Source: Chiloscyllium plagiosum
Lineage: Eukaryota
Assembly (NCBI RefSeq): GCF_004010195.1
Contig: NC_057719.1
Span: 26,211,344 to 26,275,343, forward strand
Direction of reading: 5' to 3'
DNA: 64,000 bases
Shown here: piece by piece, positions 12,287-26,091 of the stretch
How the letters are laid out: each line of letters starts with the position of its first letter
Position numbering within the stretch: position 1 is the first letter of the stretch
Position numbers and translations under genes: made by a program
The notes under the pieces: model-generated
Told to the model about the DNA's origin: nothing
Database searches by the model: none
The model's input: the letters and a program-made list of their open reading frames with translations, nothing else

Positions 12287-13840
12287 GCATTGGCTGAGAC
12301 TCCATTGTAACCTTTACCTTAGGTAGGCATGCGACAGATCAACCTTTGAGAATTTCTTTCCCCTGCCAATTCATGGAACAGGTCCTCAATAAGTGGAAGT
12401 GGGTATTGATCTGCACTCAGAGCTGGGTTGACTGTAACCCTAAAGTCACCACAAATCCTCACTGTGCCACGATTGGTTCCAATATTCCCAGATTCACCAG
12501 CCATTCCACCTCCACCTTTACTTTAGACTGGATGGCATACTATACCCTTCAGACTCCTGGGGCGAGGCTCTGGCTTCAGCTGAAATTTAGTTTTTATTCC
12601 CTATATTTCCTCCAGGGCTCCTTTAAAGATATCTTTATCCTTGTCCAGGATCTCTTACAAACTTTTGTCTGAGTCCATTAGCCCATTAACCATGCCCTAG
12701 TTCAACCTTAATTTTTGTAACAAGAACTATCCAAATAATGCAGGAAATTCACCTTTTACTACACGATGTTGTAAATCTGCCCACTGGTCCTTTAACTGAA
12801 CTTTCACCAATACATAGCCCTTCAGTAGCACCATTTGTTCCATGTGTGTCCGCAATATAATCTTGACAGGCTTCAACGGTAGTGCCCTCAGTTTCTCCCT
12901 GTAGACTGCTTTGAGAATCAGGGACACCACTGCGCCTGTATTGATTTCCATTTTTACTGCCTTCACTTATGCTTTGGGAAGAACCCAGAAATCATCGGCT
13001 TCACCCCATACTGACAGGATGTTTAACCAAAGCCCTGCTGACTCTGGGCCCTCTGCTACTCCTGCAGATCCAGCTGACTCCCAGTCTACTCCCTGGTTGA
13101 CAGCATTTACTTTATGTCTTGTCTACAGGATTGTTTCTTCATGTCTGAGGCCAGAAACCAAATAGCCCTGCAAAGCATTTTGGAGGAGCTCTCCGAATTC
13201 ACATTGCTCCACTAATCTCTTTAAGGTGGCCACAAGTTGGGCGATTGACCCTCCTATGTGCTGTACCCATTTGTAAAAACAGAAACATTGTGTGATCATC
13301 AGAGATTTGGGTACAAATTAATTTCATAACACTGGTATAATGATGTCCTCAGCCATTTTGTTCACCATTAAGAAAAAATGAAAGTGTTCTATGTATAAAG
13401 TTCATATTTTCAGACACTTCATCAAATGGTCCCATCACTCCAAAATGGCCCGCCATTTTGTTTTCCCATCACACAAGTTGAGGAGCCATTTACAGATGAG
13501 TCCTGTTGGGTGAAGTCTCCGACATTGGCTGCTCCTTCACCGGTTGTGTTAGTGTACCGCTCGTCCCTGGTGTCTCCTGCACCCCAAGTTTCCTTGTGAC
13601 CGCCCTCTGCAATAACTCCAGTAGCTCTTGGGTGTGTACTTGACTCCTCAGCTGTCATCCCGATTGCCACTCTTAGCCCGCTCCCAAGTGGGTACCTTCT
13701 TTCCTGCTGTTAACTGCAGCCCGAATCCCCTCACAGATGCTTCCCTGAGCGTTACCTCCTTACACCATTTATAAAGTCGTGGCAACATCTCCTTCAGACA
13801 AAACAAATTTGGCGTTTGCACACAGTTCATGATATGAACT

Positions 13841-14195
13841 GGCAGCATGGTGGGTCAGTGATTAGCATTGCTGCCTCACAGCACCAGGGACCCGGGTTCA
13901 ATTCCAGCCTCAAACAAATGTGTGTGTGTGTGGAGTTTGCACGTTCTCCCTGTGCCTGCGTGGATTACATCTGGGTGCTCTGGTTTCCTCCCACAATCCA
14001 AAGATATATAGGTTAGGTGAATTGGCTATGCTAACTTGCCCATAGTGTTTAGGGATGTGTAGTTTAGGTGCATTAGTCAGGGGTAAATGTAGAGCAGTAT
14101 GGCAATGGGTCTGGGTGGGTTACTCTTCAGAGGGTCGGTGTGGACTTGTTGGGCTGAAGGGCCTGTTTCCACTACTGTAGGGATTCTATGGTTCT
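13841..14195 (+). mobile_element. HE1-type V-SINE
   Basis: tRNA-like head (ggttcaattcc B-box), tgtggagtttgcacgttctccc core, CR1-like tail. Confidence 0.92.
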
Positions 14196-14819
14196 GCGAA
14201 TGCCGCTTTCATGTAATGCTGGTGTTTCCTTTGGACCAGGAATCATACACAAGGATATCAATGGTAAATCTGAATAGGAACATTTTATTGACGGTACTCA
14301 TACCTTCACAGCCGGATCTCAACTGGATCCAAATTCCTCCCCTCCAGGTCTCTAGACCAACTGAATTTAAACGGGCAGCACACCCAAATACCTACACACT
14401 AGTAGTGACCCTGGAGGTACTCAATACTGATTCTGAATACCACAAAGCCTCTTGGAAGTAGGTCAAAAATCCTAATGATTAACACCTATTGCTCTCCTTC
14501 AAATAATGAATCAATTACAGTACCAAGGCCTCAGCATATGTTCCAAAAACGGACTTCAATGTCCATTGATGACTGAGCTGACTTCTGAAATACGTATCTG
14601 CCAGACTGGACCTGTGCCAGGTACTGGGAGAATCAACATGACAAAAGTTCTCACTAGAACATGTCCTCCATAACTGTATTAGTTCCATCAGTTCCAGAAC
14701 TAGCCCTCCCTGTAGCTCGCCATTCTAGTACAATTGGAACACTGGCATATGCAGCTGTCAGCACTTGTCAAACCAAAGTCCACTAGTGCCTTGAAGGACT
14801 GCGGTCAAATTCTCAACCC

Positions 14820-15170
14820 ATTTTTGCCTTCAAATCTATTCCATGGGTTGAACCTCCCTATCTCTTTCACGTCCTACAATCCTACATCCCTCTGAGATAT
14901 CTGTGCTCATCTAACTCTGGCCTCTTCACCATTGCGGATTTTGTTTTGCTCTATCACTGACAGCCATACTTCCAGCAATGTCCAAAACTATAGAATGTAC
15001 TTCCTACAACTCACTACCTCTTGACATCTTTTCCATCTTTAAGATGTTTCTTCCAGCCAAGCTTTGGCTCACTCATCTTATTCGTTCCTTATGTCGTTTA
15101 GCAAAACATTTTGTTTAGGAATGTTTCTTTGGATCACGTTGTTATAGTTTACTATGGTAAGGATGCTATA
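14820..15170 (+). mobile_element. Old L2-like LINE 3' fragment
   Basis: Degenerate similarity to 17820-18330 and 41400-41680. Confidence 0.5.
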
Positions 15171-15171
15171 C

Positions 15172-16105
15172 AAAGAAAATAGAACAGTACAGCACAGGAA
15201 CAGCCCTTCAGCTCATGATGCTGTGCCGAACATGATGCCAAGTTGAACTAATGGGGCGACATGGTGGCTCAGTGGTTAGCACTGCTGCCTCACAGCACCA
15301 GGGTCCCAGTTTTGATTCCAGCCTCGGGCGACAGTCTGTGTGGAGTTTGCACATTCTCCTCATGTCTACGTAGGTTTCTTCCCACAATCCAAAAATGTGC
15401 AGGTTAGGTGAATTGGCCATGCTAACTTGCCCATAGTGGTTAGGTGCATTAGTCAGAGGGAAATGGGTCTGGGTAGGTTACTCTTCGGGGGGTCGGTGTG
15501 GACTGGTTGGATCGAAGGACCTGTTTCCACACTGTTGGGAATCTAATCTGAATCTAATCTAACCTAATCCCTTCTGCCTGCCCATGGTCCATATCCTTCT
15601 ATTCCTTGCTTATTCATTTGCTTGTCTAAAAACCCTTTGAGCACCCCTATCATGTCTGCCTCCACCATTACCCCTGGCGACAAGTTCCAGGCACCTATCA
15701 CTGTCTGTGTAAAAACCTTGCCTCTCACATTTCCTTCGAACTTTTGTCCTCTCACCTTAAATGCATGCCCTCTACTATTGGACATTCTAGTTCTGGGAAA
15801 AAATATTCTGACTGTCAACCTTATCTATGCCAGCTTCTGCCACTCCAGAGAAAATAACTCTAGTTTGTCCAGCCTCTCCTTATAGCTCATACCTTCTAAT
15901 CCAGGCAACACCCTGGCAAACATCTTCTGCACCTTCTCCAAAGCCTCCACATCCTTCCTGTAGTGTGGCGACCAGAACTGAATGCAGTATTCTAAGTTTG
16001 CCTAAGCAAACTTTTATAAAGTTGTAACATCACTTCCTGACTCTTGTACTCAGTACTCTGACCAATAAAGACAAGCATGCCATGTGCCTTTTTTATCACC
16101 CTATC
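15172..16105 (-). mobile_element. CR1 LINE 3' fragment interrupted by a SINE
   Basis: SNSRGHAFKVRGQKFEGNVRGKVFTQTVIGAWN; 3'UTR split by the HE1 copy, with ctaat on both sides. Confidence 0.85.
15253..15562 (+). mobile_element. HE1-type V-SINE
   Basis: ggtggctcagtggttagcactgctgcctcacagc head, V core, (atcta)n tail. Confidence 0.93.
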
Positions 16106-17819
16106 TATTTGTATCTGCTACACAACTGCACATTATTGTTGTTAGGTGTTGTGGTGAGGAGTTTGTAGAATGCAAAGTAAGAAATAGTCCTGGGAGGATT
16201 TGGTAGTTGTGCAACTGCTGGAGCAATGTGAATACAGCACACTGTTAGTATAAAGGGGCAAAGGAAAAGGTGCATGCCCTTGGAATAAGACAGATGTTGC
16301 AATGTGCCCTTGTCATTGTATGTTGAACGATGTAATAGAGAGAAGGGATTTTCTATAAGTGCTGGGGAAGTAGAAGGAGATTTCATTGCCCAGTAGGTGG
16401 AAAATCAGAAGCAGTGCTGCTTCTTTGAGCTCTCAGAATCTCTTCCTACCGAAACTCTGTCCTGGAGGTCATGTTAATGGCAGTGATTCTTCAAGTCTAC
16501 ACCAAATTAGCTCTAAGGAATCTCTGATGGATGTTGAGTCACACTAATCATTCTCCTTTCTCTGACCTCCTCCACAAGGACATATAGGAAAATCTTAGGG
16601 ATTTCCTTCATAATCACTAATCAGTAATCCTTGCTAAAGCTCCAAGAAGTAAATTTTCACATTTGCTACATTTCTAGTAGTTTAGCAGAGCAGATAGCCT
16701 GCCAATTAAGTAACCCTTCCAAACTTTCATTCCATTTATTGACTCTTTAATTTTTAAAGTCATTTTAAATTTCGTTTCAACAATTTCCACTCGTATTTCC
16801 AATGCACCCGAGCTTATACATAGTTATAATAATCTGATCACAGGATATTTCACACAAGCAGCTTAATTCACTTTAGTTGAGCTCTGTATTTGTTTCTAAC
16901 AATTTAGGAGCAAATTACACCACAGTATCAGTACAAAAGGGAAAACATTCTCCCTAAAGCTCTACAAATAATGCATTGCCTTTGTTCAGTCAGAACAGGA
17001 AACAAACATTAACCCCCATTCTGAACGATCACTTTTCCACATAGCATGATATCAATTTGGTTAGTTATCAAGGTTTGAACACTGCCATGATCCCAAAGTA
17101 TTCAGTTGTGCCTCATAAGCTCTTTTGATGGTTAATTAAAATGTAATTTAACGAGAACGTTTCAGTAATAAGTTCATTCTTTGCAGATGTTAAATGAAAT
17201 AACAAGATTTGGGGTGAACGAGGGAGTTACTGACAACCCACTGCTGAAACACACAAACTTAGCAGAACTTTCTTCATTATGTGTAATTCATCACGCCCTC
17301 AGTGAGACATTTTCATATTATTCGAGTTCCTAACTGCATCTGGGTAAACAAATCCCCACTGAATTCCCACCTACTGCTGCCTGAAATGAATATATTTGCA
17401 TATTACTGAATTTCCCTTCATTTACAGCCCACTAGGAAAACATTAAAATTGCATTTCAGCAGTAGAAGTGACAACTAATGGGGATTCCCTGCAACAATAA
17501 TGTGCTTGTGAACTAGAAGAGTAATTAGCCTGTCTGGTGCAAATGATAGGTTCCCAATGGCCGCGGTGCCGAGCTGTGGTAATAAGTGTACACATAATGA
17601 CAAGCTAAGATAAAATTGAAATGATGTTAGACATGTAACAATAGTAAATAAGAAGTAGAAATTAAATAGTACTTTCTCAAGTACAGAAATGTTGTCTTAA
17701 GCCTGCTACACTGTCTTGTCACGCTTGCTTGTCCAGCATCCAGTACTGGGCAATCAAAACTTCCCTCTGGTTAAATGTTGAGAAGGTCAATGCTTTTGTC
17801 TTTGATCCCAGCATGAACG

Positions 17820-18330
17820 TCCGTTCCCTAGTTGTTTATTCCATTTCCCTTTCTGGTCATTCAGTTTAGTTGGCATTCTCATATCCTGCCCAACAGCAAG
17901 ACGGCCTACTTACATCTCCATCATATCGCCTGTCTCTGCTGCTGGAAACCTCATCCATGAATTTGTTATCTCCAGTCTGGACAATACAAGTACTCGTTTA
18001 GCCCAAAATTATATGTGAAGTGATCCAAAACTCTGCACTTGCATGCTAAATTATGACATGTCAGGCTCACCCACTCCTGTGCTCACTTAGATGTTACACC
18101 AATAAATCTGGTGTTCAAATTCGTCCGTGGAGATGCCTTCTTTCTACAAACTCTTTCAGCCCCACGACCTTCTAAATGTTAAAACTGCTCTATTATAGTC
18201 TCTTTGCATCACTCTGCCATTGGTGCCTGTGCCTTCAGTTACCATGTCAAGACCTAAGTGCTGAAATTCCCTCCCTACACCTCTCTCCCATCCTTTAAGA
18301 CACACCTTAACATATAACTCTTTGGCCAAC
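17820..18330 (+). mobile_element. Old L2-like LINE 3' fragment
   Basis: gctggaaacctcatccatgaatttgttatctccagtctggac resembles the L2 ETLIHAFVTSRLD motif. Confidence 0.6.
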
Positions 18331-18829
18331 TCTTTTTTTACTCACTTGTGGGATGTGGATGTCGCTGTTTAGACCTGTATTAATTGCTCATCTCGAGTTG
18401 CCTTTGAGAACCTTGTAGTGAGCTGCAAGGAGTCTGTGGGAGTCAATTCAATGTATGTAGACCATGAGAGAGGGAGTTCCAGGATTTTGAGTCAAGGTTT
18501 GGTCACCTGTTATTAAATTTGCTTATGCAGCTCACATGTTAAATTTTGTTGGTAAGGATTCTGGTGTGTAGTGACTGTTATACTGCACTCCAACATAATA
18601 TAATTGCAAGTTCTTGTTATCAATTTTCAAAAGCTGTTGGTTGAAGCACCATGTAATGGATATACTAGCAACATTGAAGCTCAAAAGAAAAATGGGCAAT
18701 GGAAGCATAGACACACAACTGGTGTAGGGATAGAAAACAGTGAGTTATGAATTTTTGAAATGAAGGGAGGTATGCATTGAAGTTCACAAAGGGTCACTAC
18801 CAAGACCACTGTTTGATATGCATTAATGA

Positions 18830-20478
18830 CTTAGAAGAGTATAAAGGAAGTAGGAGTATACTTCAGCAGGAAATCAGGAGCGCAGAACGGGGACATGAGA
18901 TAGCTTTGGCAAATAGAATTAAGGAGAATCCAAAGGGTTTTTAAAAATATATTAAGGACAAAAGGGTAACTAGGGAGAGAGTAGGGCCCCTCAAAGATCT
19001 GCAAGGCGGCCTTTATGTGGAGCCACAGAAAATGGGGTAGATACTAAATGAATATTTTGCATCAGTATTTAATATGGAAAAGGATGTGGAAGATATAGAA
19101 TGTAGGGAAATAGGTGCTGACATCTTGCAAAATGTCCATATTACAGAGGAGGAAGTGCTGGATGTCTTAAAAGTGGATAAATCCCTAGGACCTGATCACG
19201 TGTACCTGAGAACCCTGTGGGAAGCTAGAGAAGTGATTGCTGGGCCTCTTGCTGAGATATTTGTATCATCGATAGCCACAGGTGAGGTGCCAGAAGACTG
19301 GAGATTAGCAAACATGGTGCTACTGTTTAAGAAGGGCGGTAAAGACAAGCCAGGAAACTATAGACCGGTGAGCTTGACCTCGGTGGTGGACAAGTTGTTG
19401 GAGGGAATCCTGAGGGACAGGATGTACATGTATTTGGAAAGGCAAGGACTGATTTGGGATAGTCAACATGGCTTTGTGCGTGGGAAATCATGTCTCACAA
19501 ATTTGATTGAGTTTTTTGAAGAAGTAACAAAGAAGATTGATGAGGGCGGAGCAGTAGATGTGATCTATATGGACTTCAGTAAGGCATTCGACAAGGTTCC
19601 CCATGGGAGACTGATGGAATAAAGGGAGAACTGGCCATTTGGATACAGAACTGGCTCAAACGTAGAAGACAGAGGGTGGTGGTGGAGGTGTTTTTCAGAC
19701 TGAAGGTCTGTGACCAGTGGAGTGCCACAAGAATCGGTGCTGGGTCCTCTACTTTTTGTCATTTATATAAATGATTTGGATGCGAGCATAAGAGGTATGG
19801 TTAGTAAGTTTTCAGATGACACCAAAATTGGAGGTGTAGTGGACAGAAAAGAGGGTTATCTCAGATTACAACAGGATCTGGACCAGATGGGCCAATGGGC
19901 TGAGAAGTGGCAGATGGTGTTTAATTCAGATAAATGCGAGGTGCTGCATTTTGGGAGAGCAAATCTTAGCAGGACGCACACTTAATGGTAAGGTCCAAGG
20001 GAGTGTTGCTGAACAAAGAGACCTTGGAGTGCAGGTTCATAGCTCCTTGAAAGTGGAGTCGCAGGTCGATAGGATAGTGAAGGCAGCGTTTGGTATGCTT
20101 TCCTTTATTGGTCAGAGTATTNNNNNNNNNNNNNNNNNNNCAAAGTCTTTTCCCTGGGGTCGGGGAGTCCAGAACTAGAGGACATAGGTTTAGGGTGAGA
20201 GGGGAAAGATATAAAAGAGACCTAAGGGGCAACTTTTTCATGCAGAGGGTGGTACGTGTATGGAATGAGCTGCCAGAGGATGTGGTGGAGGCTGGTATAA
20301 TTGCAACATTTCAGAGGCATTTGGATGGGTATATGAATAGGAAGGGTTTGGAGGGATATGGGCCATGTGCTGGCAGGTGGGACTAGATTGAGTTGGGATA
20401 TCTGGTCGGCATGGACAGGTTGGACCGAAGGGTTTGTTTCCATGCTGTACATCTCTTTGACTCTATGACTCTATGACT
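18830..20478 (+). mobile_element. CR1/HER1 LINE, 5'-truncated, nested in an older CR1 (18640-18830 and 20480-21130)
   Basis: 182-aa ORF with VPEDWRLAN...PGNYRPVSLTSVV...SQHGF...DFSKAFDKVPH; (ctatgact)n tail; N gap at 20122-20140. Confidence 0.95.
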
Positions 20479-23416
20479 TGCCTTTTGCAAAATTCCAGGG
20501 CACAATTTCAAAATCTTGAACTTACATGTGGAATTGCAGTGAGAAAGTAATAGATTTCTCGAGATTGTAAATGTGCTGGTGGAATGAGAGGACAAATGAA
20601 AGATAAAAATCGAAGCACGAATACATGAAATAATACATTTTAGTAGGAAGAACAAAGAATAGCAATTCTGGGCATCACTTTTTAGGAAGAATATGAAGGC
20701 TTTGGAAAGGGTCCACAGGAAAGTTTGCTAGGGTTTTGCGAGAGATTGGAGTTACTTGAGTAGACTGTGAAGGTAATATCATTCTGCTTTGAGCAGAGAA
20801 GGAGGACATTTTATGGCTTTTTTCTTAATCACCAAGATTTAGTTGAGTAGCAAAGATAAACTGTTTGTAAAAGCTGAGCAATAATCAAAAGATAGTGATT
20901 TAAGGTGATTGACAAAAGAACCTAGACAACATGAGACAATGTTTTTACGCAATGAATGATTAAGATTTGAATTGTATGCCCATTGACAAAGTGATCCAAT
21001 AGGAGATTACAAAAGATTACAGGGCTGTAGGGAAAGATCTGCAGAGTGATACTGACTGGATTGATTTCTTAAAGAGACTTGATGGGCCAAATGGACTGTT
21101 TGTGCTATTCTATTATATGATTCTATGACATGGGTCTTTTTGCAATCATTTGCCAACCACATTGAAGCAGTTAAAACTCAGGGCTGGATTTTCCTAGGAG
21201 GATTGCAGCTTGTCTTCTACATACCATCTTGACTCTTGCTTTTATTTGTAAGGACCAATGGTAATGTTTAAAAAACACTGCATTCAGGAAATGTGTAATT
21301 GCTTATTTTGTATGAAATTTTGATACTTTCTAAAAGTTAAATTGTAAAGTTCATTGTGAACTAATTCTTACACTGAAATGGTTTGACATTTAATTAGAAA
21401 TAAGGTTGCTGCTCTCTTTTATAGCATTACTTCCATGTGGGATCTTTGAGCACTGATCAATCAAGTTTCCAGGTACTAATTAGACAAAAGCATACTGAGA
21501 ACTATCCAGATACAAGCGAAAATAAAATGAAGCCAATTTCCTGGCATTTCTCTCCATACTGTGTGCAATAAAGGGCTGTTGAATTTGTAGATTGACATGA
21601 TGCCACTGCAAATGGCTTAAAGAATAACTGTACTGTACATCAACATAAATCCATCTATTTTCACCAAGCTAATGTATAGCATCAAACAAAAATACAGCAA
21701 TGGAACAAAATTGAATTTCATCATATTTCAAGTAACAGATGGAGGCGAATGTGCAGAACACTTATTCCATTACCCACAGTTAATTGATTCTCTTGAACAC
21801 CCATTACACCCATGATAATAACATCACTATATGGCATAGTTCCACTCTAAAAGAGCATTGCTTTGCTTACATCAAGTTGTAATCAGGTTAGTCAAGCAGC
21901 AAGGAGTAGCTACAGGAAAAAATGAGACAGTCAACCTTGAACATTGATGACTTCAATCATTGCTCAACTACATTGCTCAGAGTTCTAATTCCTATTGGAT
22001 TAGGAAGGAAGGAAAAGAATAAAGGAAAAGGGGAGCAAAGAGAAATGTAATCCATGGGAGAAGTTGAGAGAAAAGAACAAGATTTCTCTCTCCATTTTCA
22101 TATACTACCAGTGAAGCTTATGCCTCCGGTCTCAAAATCCACATCCTTGCCATCCTGTAACACCCAGAATGAACTGGGTAGAAAGTGAAACAACTGCATT
22201 TTTATTAGGTTTGGGAATTGAGGATCACTCAGCAAATCAGAAGAAAAACAATGGGAGCATTCCACAAAATGTTATTTTTCTCTTTGCTTCAAACTCTTCC
22301 ATTTATCAATTACAAAGTATTATAGGTGGGGAGGTTGATGGTGATGAAAGCTCAACTGCATTTCACAGTTTTTGCTGGTGGTGGTTGAGGGTGGCAGAAT
22401 GGAAAATAAATGGTTGCCTTGCTTTTTCCATGCTGTCAGCTCAGTGAATCAAACATCTGCCAGCACATTTGCAACCACCCAGCAGAAAGGCCACCATTTT
22501 GCAGTAGGAGGATGGTCTCTTGCATCAGACAGGAGAATGGTGATGCCATCAATAGCAGGTTAGTTACAGTTACCAATCTGAAGGACCCTGCTCTCTCAAT
22601 CCCTCCTTGTCTCTTATGAAAGACGTGAAATAAATGAATTTTCAAACATACAATGCTGCCACCTTCACAGCAGACTGTACCTCTACATGTAGCCACGATC
22701 CTGTCTGCAGTCCTTAGACTTTATGTAAATCACTTTCAATCCATCCAATGCTTGGAAAATAGCAGTCAATGAGACATTGTATTAAGCTGGGACTTCAGCT
22801 AGTTTAATGGCTTGTTAATTGGTTATTTTAAAATGGTGGATTCATTTCCAATTTTCATGCTCACTCACATTTTGTGATATTAGAAACTGGTGTGATCACA
22901 TACGAATGCCACACGGACATTATCAAACTGGTGTTTATGTAAGCTCTCGGGGCTGGGAGTGGGAGTGTGGTGCAGATACCCACCCAGGTCTCAGCTGTAA
23001 AACTAACTTGCTGGACATGGTTGATCCAACTGAGTGACAGAGTCTGTTCCATTTCTAATTGGCATTGGAGGGCAGTGGACCTGGGAAATGGTTTGTGATG
23101 TTTAGAGGATCTACCAGATGGAGTCCAGATACTATGAGGTAAGAGGCCACATGATTAAATCCCTAGAAATACAGCAAATGACTCTTGCTACCTTTGGTGA
23201 GTAGCAATTTGCTAACACCTCACATTACAATAGTATCAGGGTGGCATTAGCAGCTCTGAAATGTCCATGTTTGTCATCAGCAACTCAATAGGAGAGACAA
23301 CGGAATGGACCAATAAGTAAGCAGGTCTTTAATTATAGGGGAATCTTGTCGGGAGGGACAGGGATTGTGGCTGCCCATGGCAAAGCAGGCAAGATCCCAA
23401 TGGCAATAAAAGCAAT

Positions 23417-23540
23417 GCACTGCAGATACCACAGACCTGAAATAAAAACATAACATGCTGACAGGAATCAGCAGATCTGGCAGCATCTGTGGAGAGAAAA
23501 ACAAACCTAATATTTTAAGCTTAACATGACTGCTTTTTGG
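23417..23540 (-). mobile_element. PLE terminal-repeat fragment (cagcatctgtggagaga family)
   Basis: Same sequence family as 24115-24208, 29230-29325, 35373-35598 and 39895-39990. Confidence 0.6.
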
Positions 23541-26091
23541 AACTGGACCCAATGTTGCCTAATTTCAGGAAGACCCAAAGTATATTATTTAACTCAGGAT
23601 CAAGGAGCTTGAGACTTGAAATCCTGTCTGCCAGGCAATCAGAGGCCCAGAGCTCTCCTGTGCTCAGCAGCATCACTGGGAAGGTAGTGTTTGCATCTGG
23701 CTTAATATATCACCAGGACTTTAGATCACAGAGCATCCCTGGGATTAACAGTTCATGAAGAGGGTCAGCAGCAAGGATCGGGGAGCATCACAGTGGCCAT
23801 TCCAACACCCCCTCCACCATTCTTGATATTGAGACCCTCAATCAGACGCTAAGTTCCTTTGAACAAGATAGCATCCCATCAGGAACTCCTTAGCAGCATC
23901 GAAGAGTTTGCCTGTTATGATCCCTGCACAGCAAAACACCCTTATCCACGACTGGGTTAACATCATTAAATTCTTAATATCCACTATAAGTATCAATTTC
24001 CAAACGGGAAGGCCTCTCACTGGTTTTCACACCCATATTCAGGGGTGGAGTCCACAACAAGAACTCTCCTGCCCAATTAGATGTTCCCCCACCATCAATC
24101 TCACAAGGGAGAGAGAACTGTGATTGAATCCGAAACATTGACTCTGTTCCACTCACCACAAATGCTGCCAGACCTGCCGAGTCTCTTCAGCAATTTCTGT
24201 TTTTGTTTCCGAGAGTACAGGCTCCTGCCTTAGGAACTATATGAGATAATTCAGTAGCATTTGCTTTCCCCTTCATTTTCCAATAATAAATTACAAAAAA
24301 GAATTCAGATATAAAGTATTTCTACAATTTCCTCTGCCTGATTATATGCATTTACTCAGCACTTCATCAAACCAGGCATCTCAAAGGCACAACACTTTGA
24401 AGTTCACATCCTATCCTGTATTAGTAAAATCCTACAATTAGCAGTGAGTGCTGAAAAAACATGTTATTTTTGGCTCAAATGTTTGGACATCAAGTACCTG
24501 GATCTGCATCAAATAGTTCAATGGATTTCAATGGAGGTAAAATAATAGAAAATTGGAGCTTTTCTTCAAGATCTCTTTGAAAAGACAGCAAAGCAATAAT
24601 CCAGCTTGGTACTGAGGCCTTCCATTGGGTCCTAAGTTATTAGCTGCCCTCCTGGCTGAATCTACAATTTGAATGGATTTGAGGGTGCTAACTGCTGAAC
24701 CAGAATCTTCTTGAGGAGCCAGGCCCAGGTGGCAAGACAACACAAGACCTGTGTTGATACCCTAAGACAAGACCCACCAAATCAAATGCCAATCTGGCAT
24801 TGGTAAGGACACTGGCAGGCCTTCATGTGGCCTAAGATCTCACACTCAGAAGTGCTACTGAGAAGGCCATGTGTACTGCCAAGAGGACACCCAGGATGGT
24901 GGAAGACCAAGTTGTAAGTGGTTTGTGGTGGAAGATTTTAATGAGTTTGGGGTCACGGGTTAATTCCGTTTGCAGCTGGGTCAGTCCCACATACGGTAGA
25001 TGATGCCTTGAATGGTCCTTAGTTTAAAACTTTGGGATCTCAATTTGCAGAAGGGTGAGAAAGTCAACTATTGACCTTTCCACCCTGAAATTAATTTGGG
25101 TGGAATTGAGAAGCTGAAAGGGTTCAGGTACACTGCCATATTGTTTAGTTAAATGTCCTTCTCCTTTTCAAGTTCTCTACATCTGGGAGCAGAGTATTCT
25201 ACCCTGGGCTTTAACAGGATTGAGAATGAATGGCTTTGTGACAGTAAATGAGAAGTAGATTTGACAGGTGGGAGTTTTCCTTACCCTGGGGACACAATTG
25301 ACAAAAGAACTGAAGGATAGATAATAAAAGATTTATTCTCTACAGTGAGCTGTTGTTAGTGACTCAAAATGGCAGTGAAAGCGGGGTTCCAGTAAAAGGA
25401 AATCAGATATACGCTTGAAAATGACAAATTTGGAAGGAAATGAGAAAGCAGAAAGGAAATGTGAGACTGATTTGACGGCTTTCTTAAAGATTCAGTGAAG
25501 GAATAATGACTTCATCCTGTATTCTCTAATACTGTTTTCCTGATCCTTATTTGACAACATAAAATACTGAGTTTTTTTTCAATCATCAGACTACAACATG
25601 TCTTCAATTGTTATTAAATGGAACTAGCGAAGGAATTGGAGAATGCTATTTCCTCACTACTGGCACAGTTTTATAATGAAGTACAGGTACCTGAGAGAGG
25701 TTTCAATACAGTAATTTAATCAAGATCCTCAAATAACATAATAAACCACAGAAGCAAAGTCCTCATGATTTTGATGCTCATCCCAAGATTAAATTGCAAC
25801 CTTGAAGTCCCTCCAATTTCTATTACTGTTTGTAATGTCTTGTCTCAATTTCATACAGGGAGTCTAGTCCATTTGTAATCAGTTTTGATGCTGGTAGTAG
25901 CTGACAATACACTCCATGTCCTTGATGTCTGAATTTAATTTCTTTTATTGATTATGGTGGGCAAAGCAACAATGAGAATCTTGAACCAGTTGCAACAAGC
26001 CTGTGTGTTGGTGCAGGCAAATCCTGAAAAAAATCATCTGTCCTACAGGGTCACCTTAGAGTCTTGGCAGCTGACAAGGTGTCTCACCATC

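Larger units (their letters stand above)
10580..14444 (-). mobile_element. Gypsy element B (K02A2.6-like), decayed: 5' LTR, gag, protease, RT, RNase H, integrase
   Basis: LTR 14212-14444 (TG..CA); gag start MAGHFGVMGPFDE near 13455; protease MEINTGAVVSLI; RT VRICGDFRVTVN...YPLP and NLDDILITG; RNase H GVGAVLSH near 11800; integrase PEQILCDN...APYHSVPNSQAERFVQTLK. Confidence 0.9.

Noticed and set aside
13422-13848. Short ORFs upstream of Gypsy gag
   Set aside because: Non-ATG starts and no recognisable motif; treated as leader sequence.
13841-13915. tRNA-like A/B boxes at SINE heads
   Set aside because: They are heads of HE1-type SINEs, not tRNA genes.
22440-22558. Plus-strand exon-like segment (cag...gttagt) with two open frames
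   Set aside because: Neither translation is recognisable and no partner exon was found.
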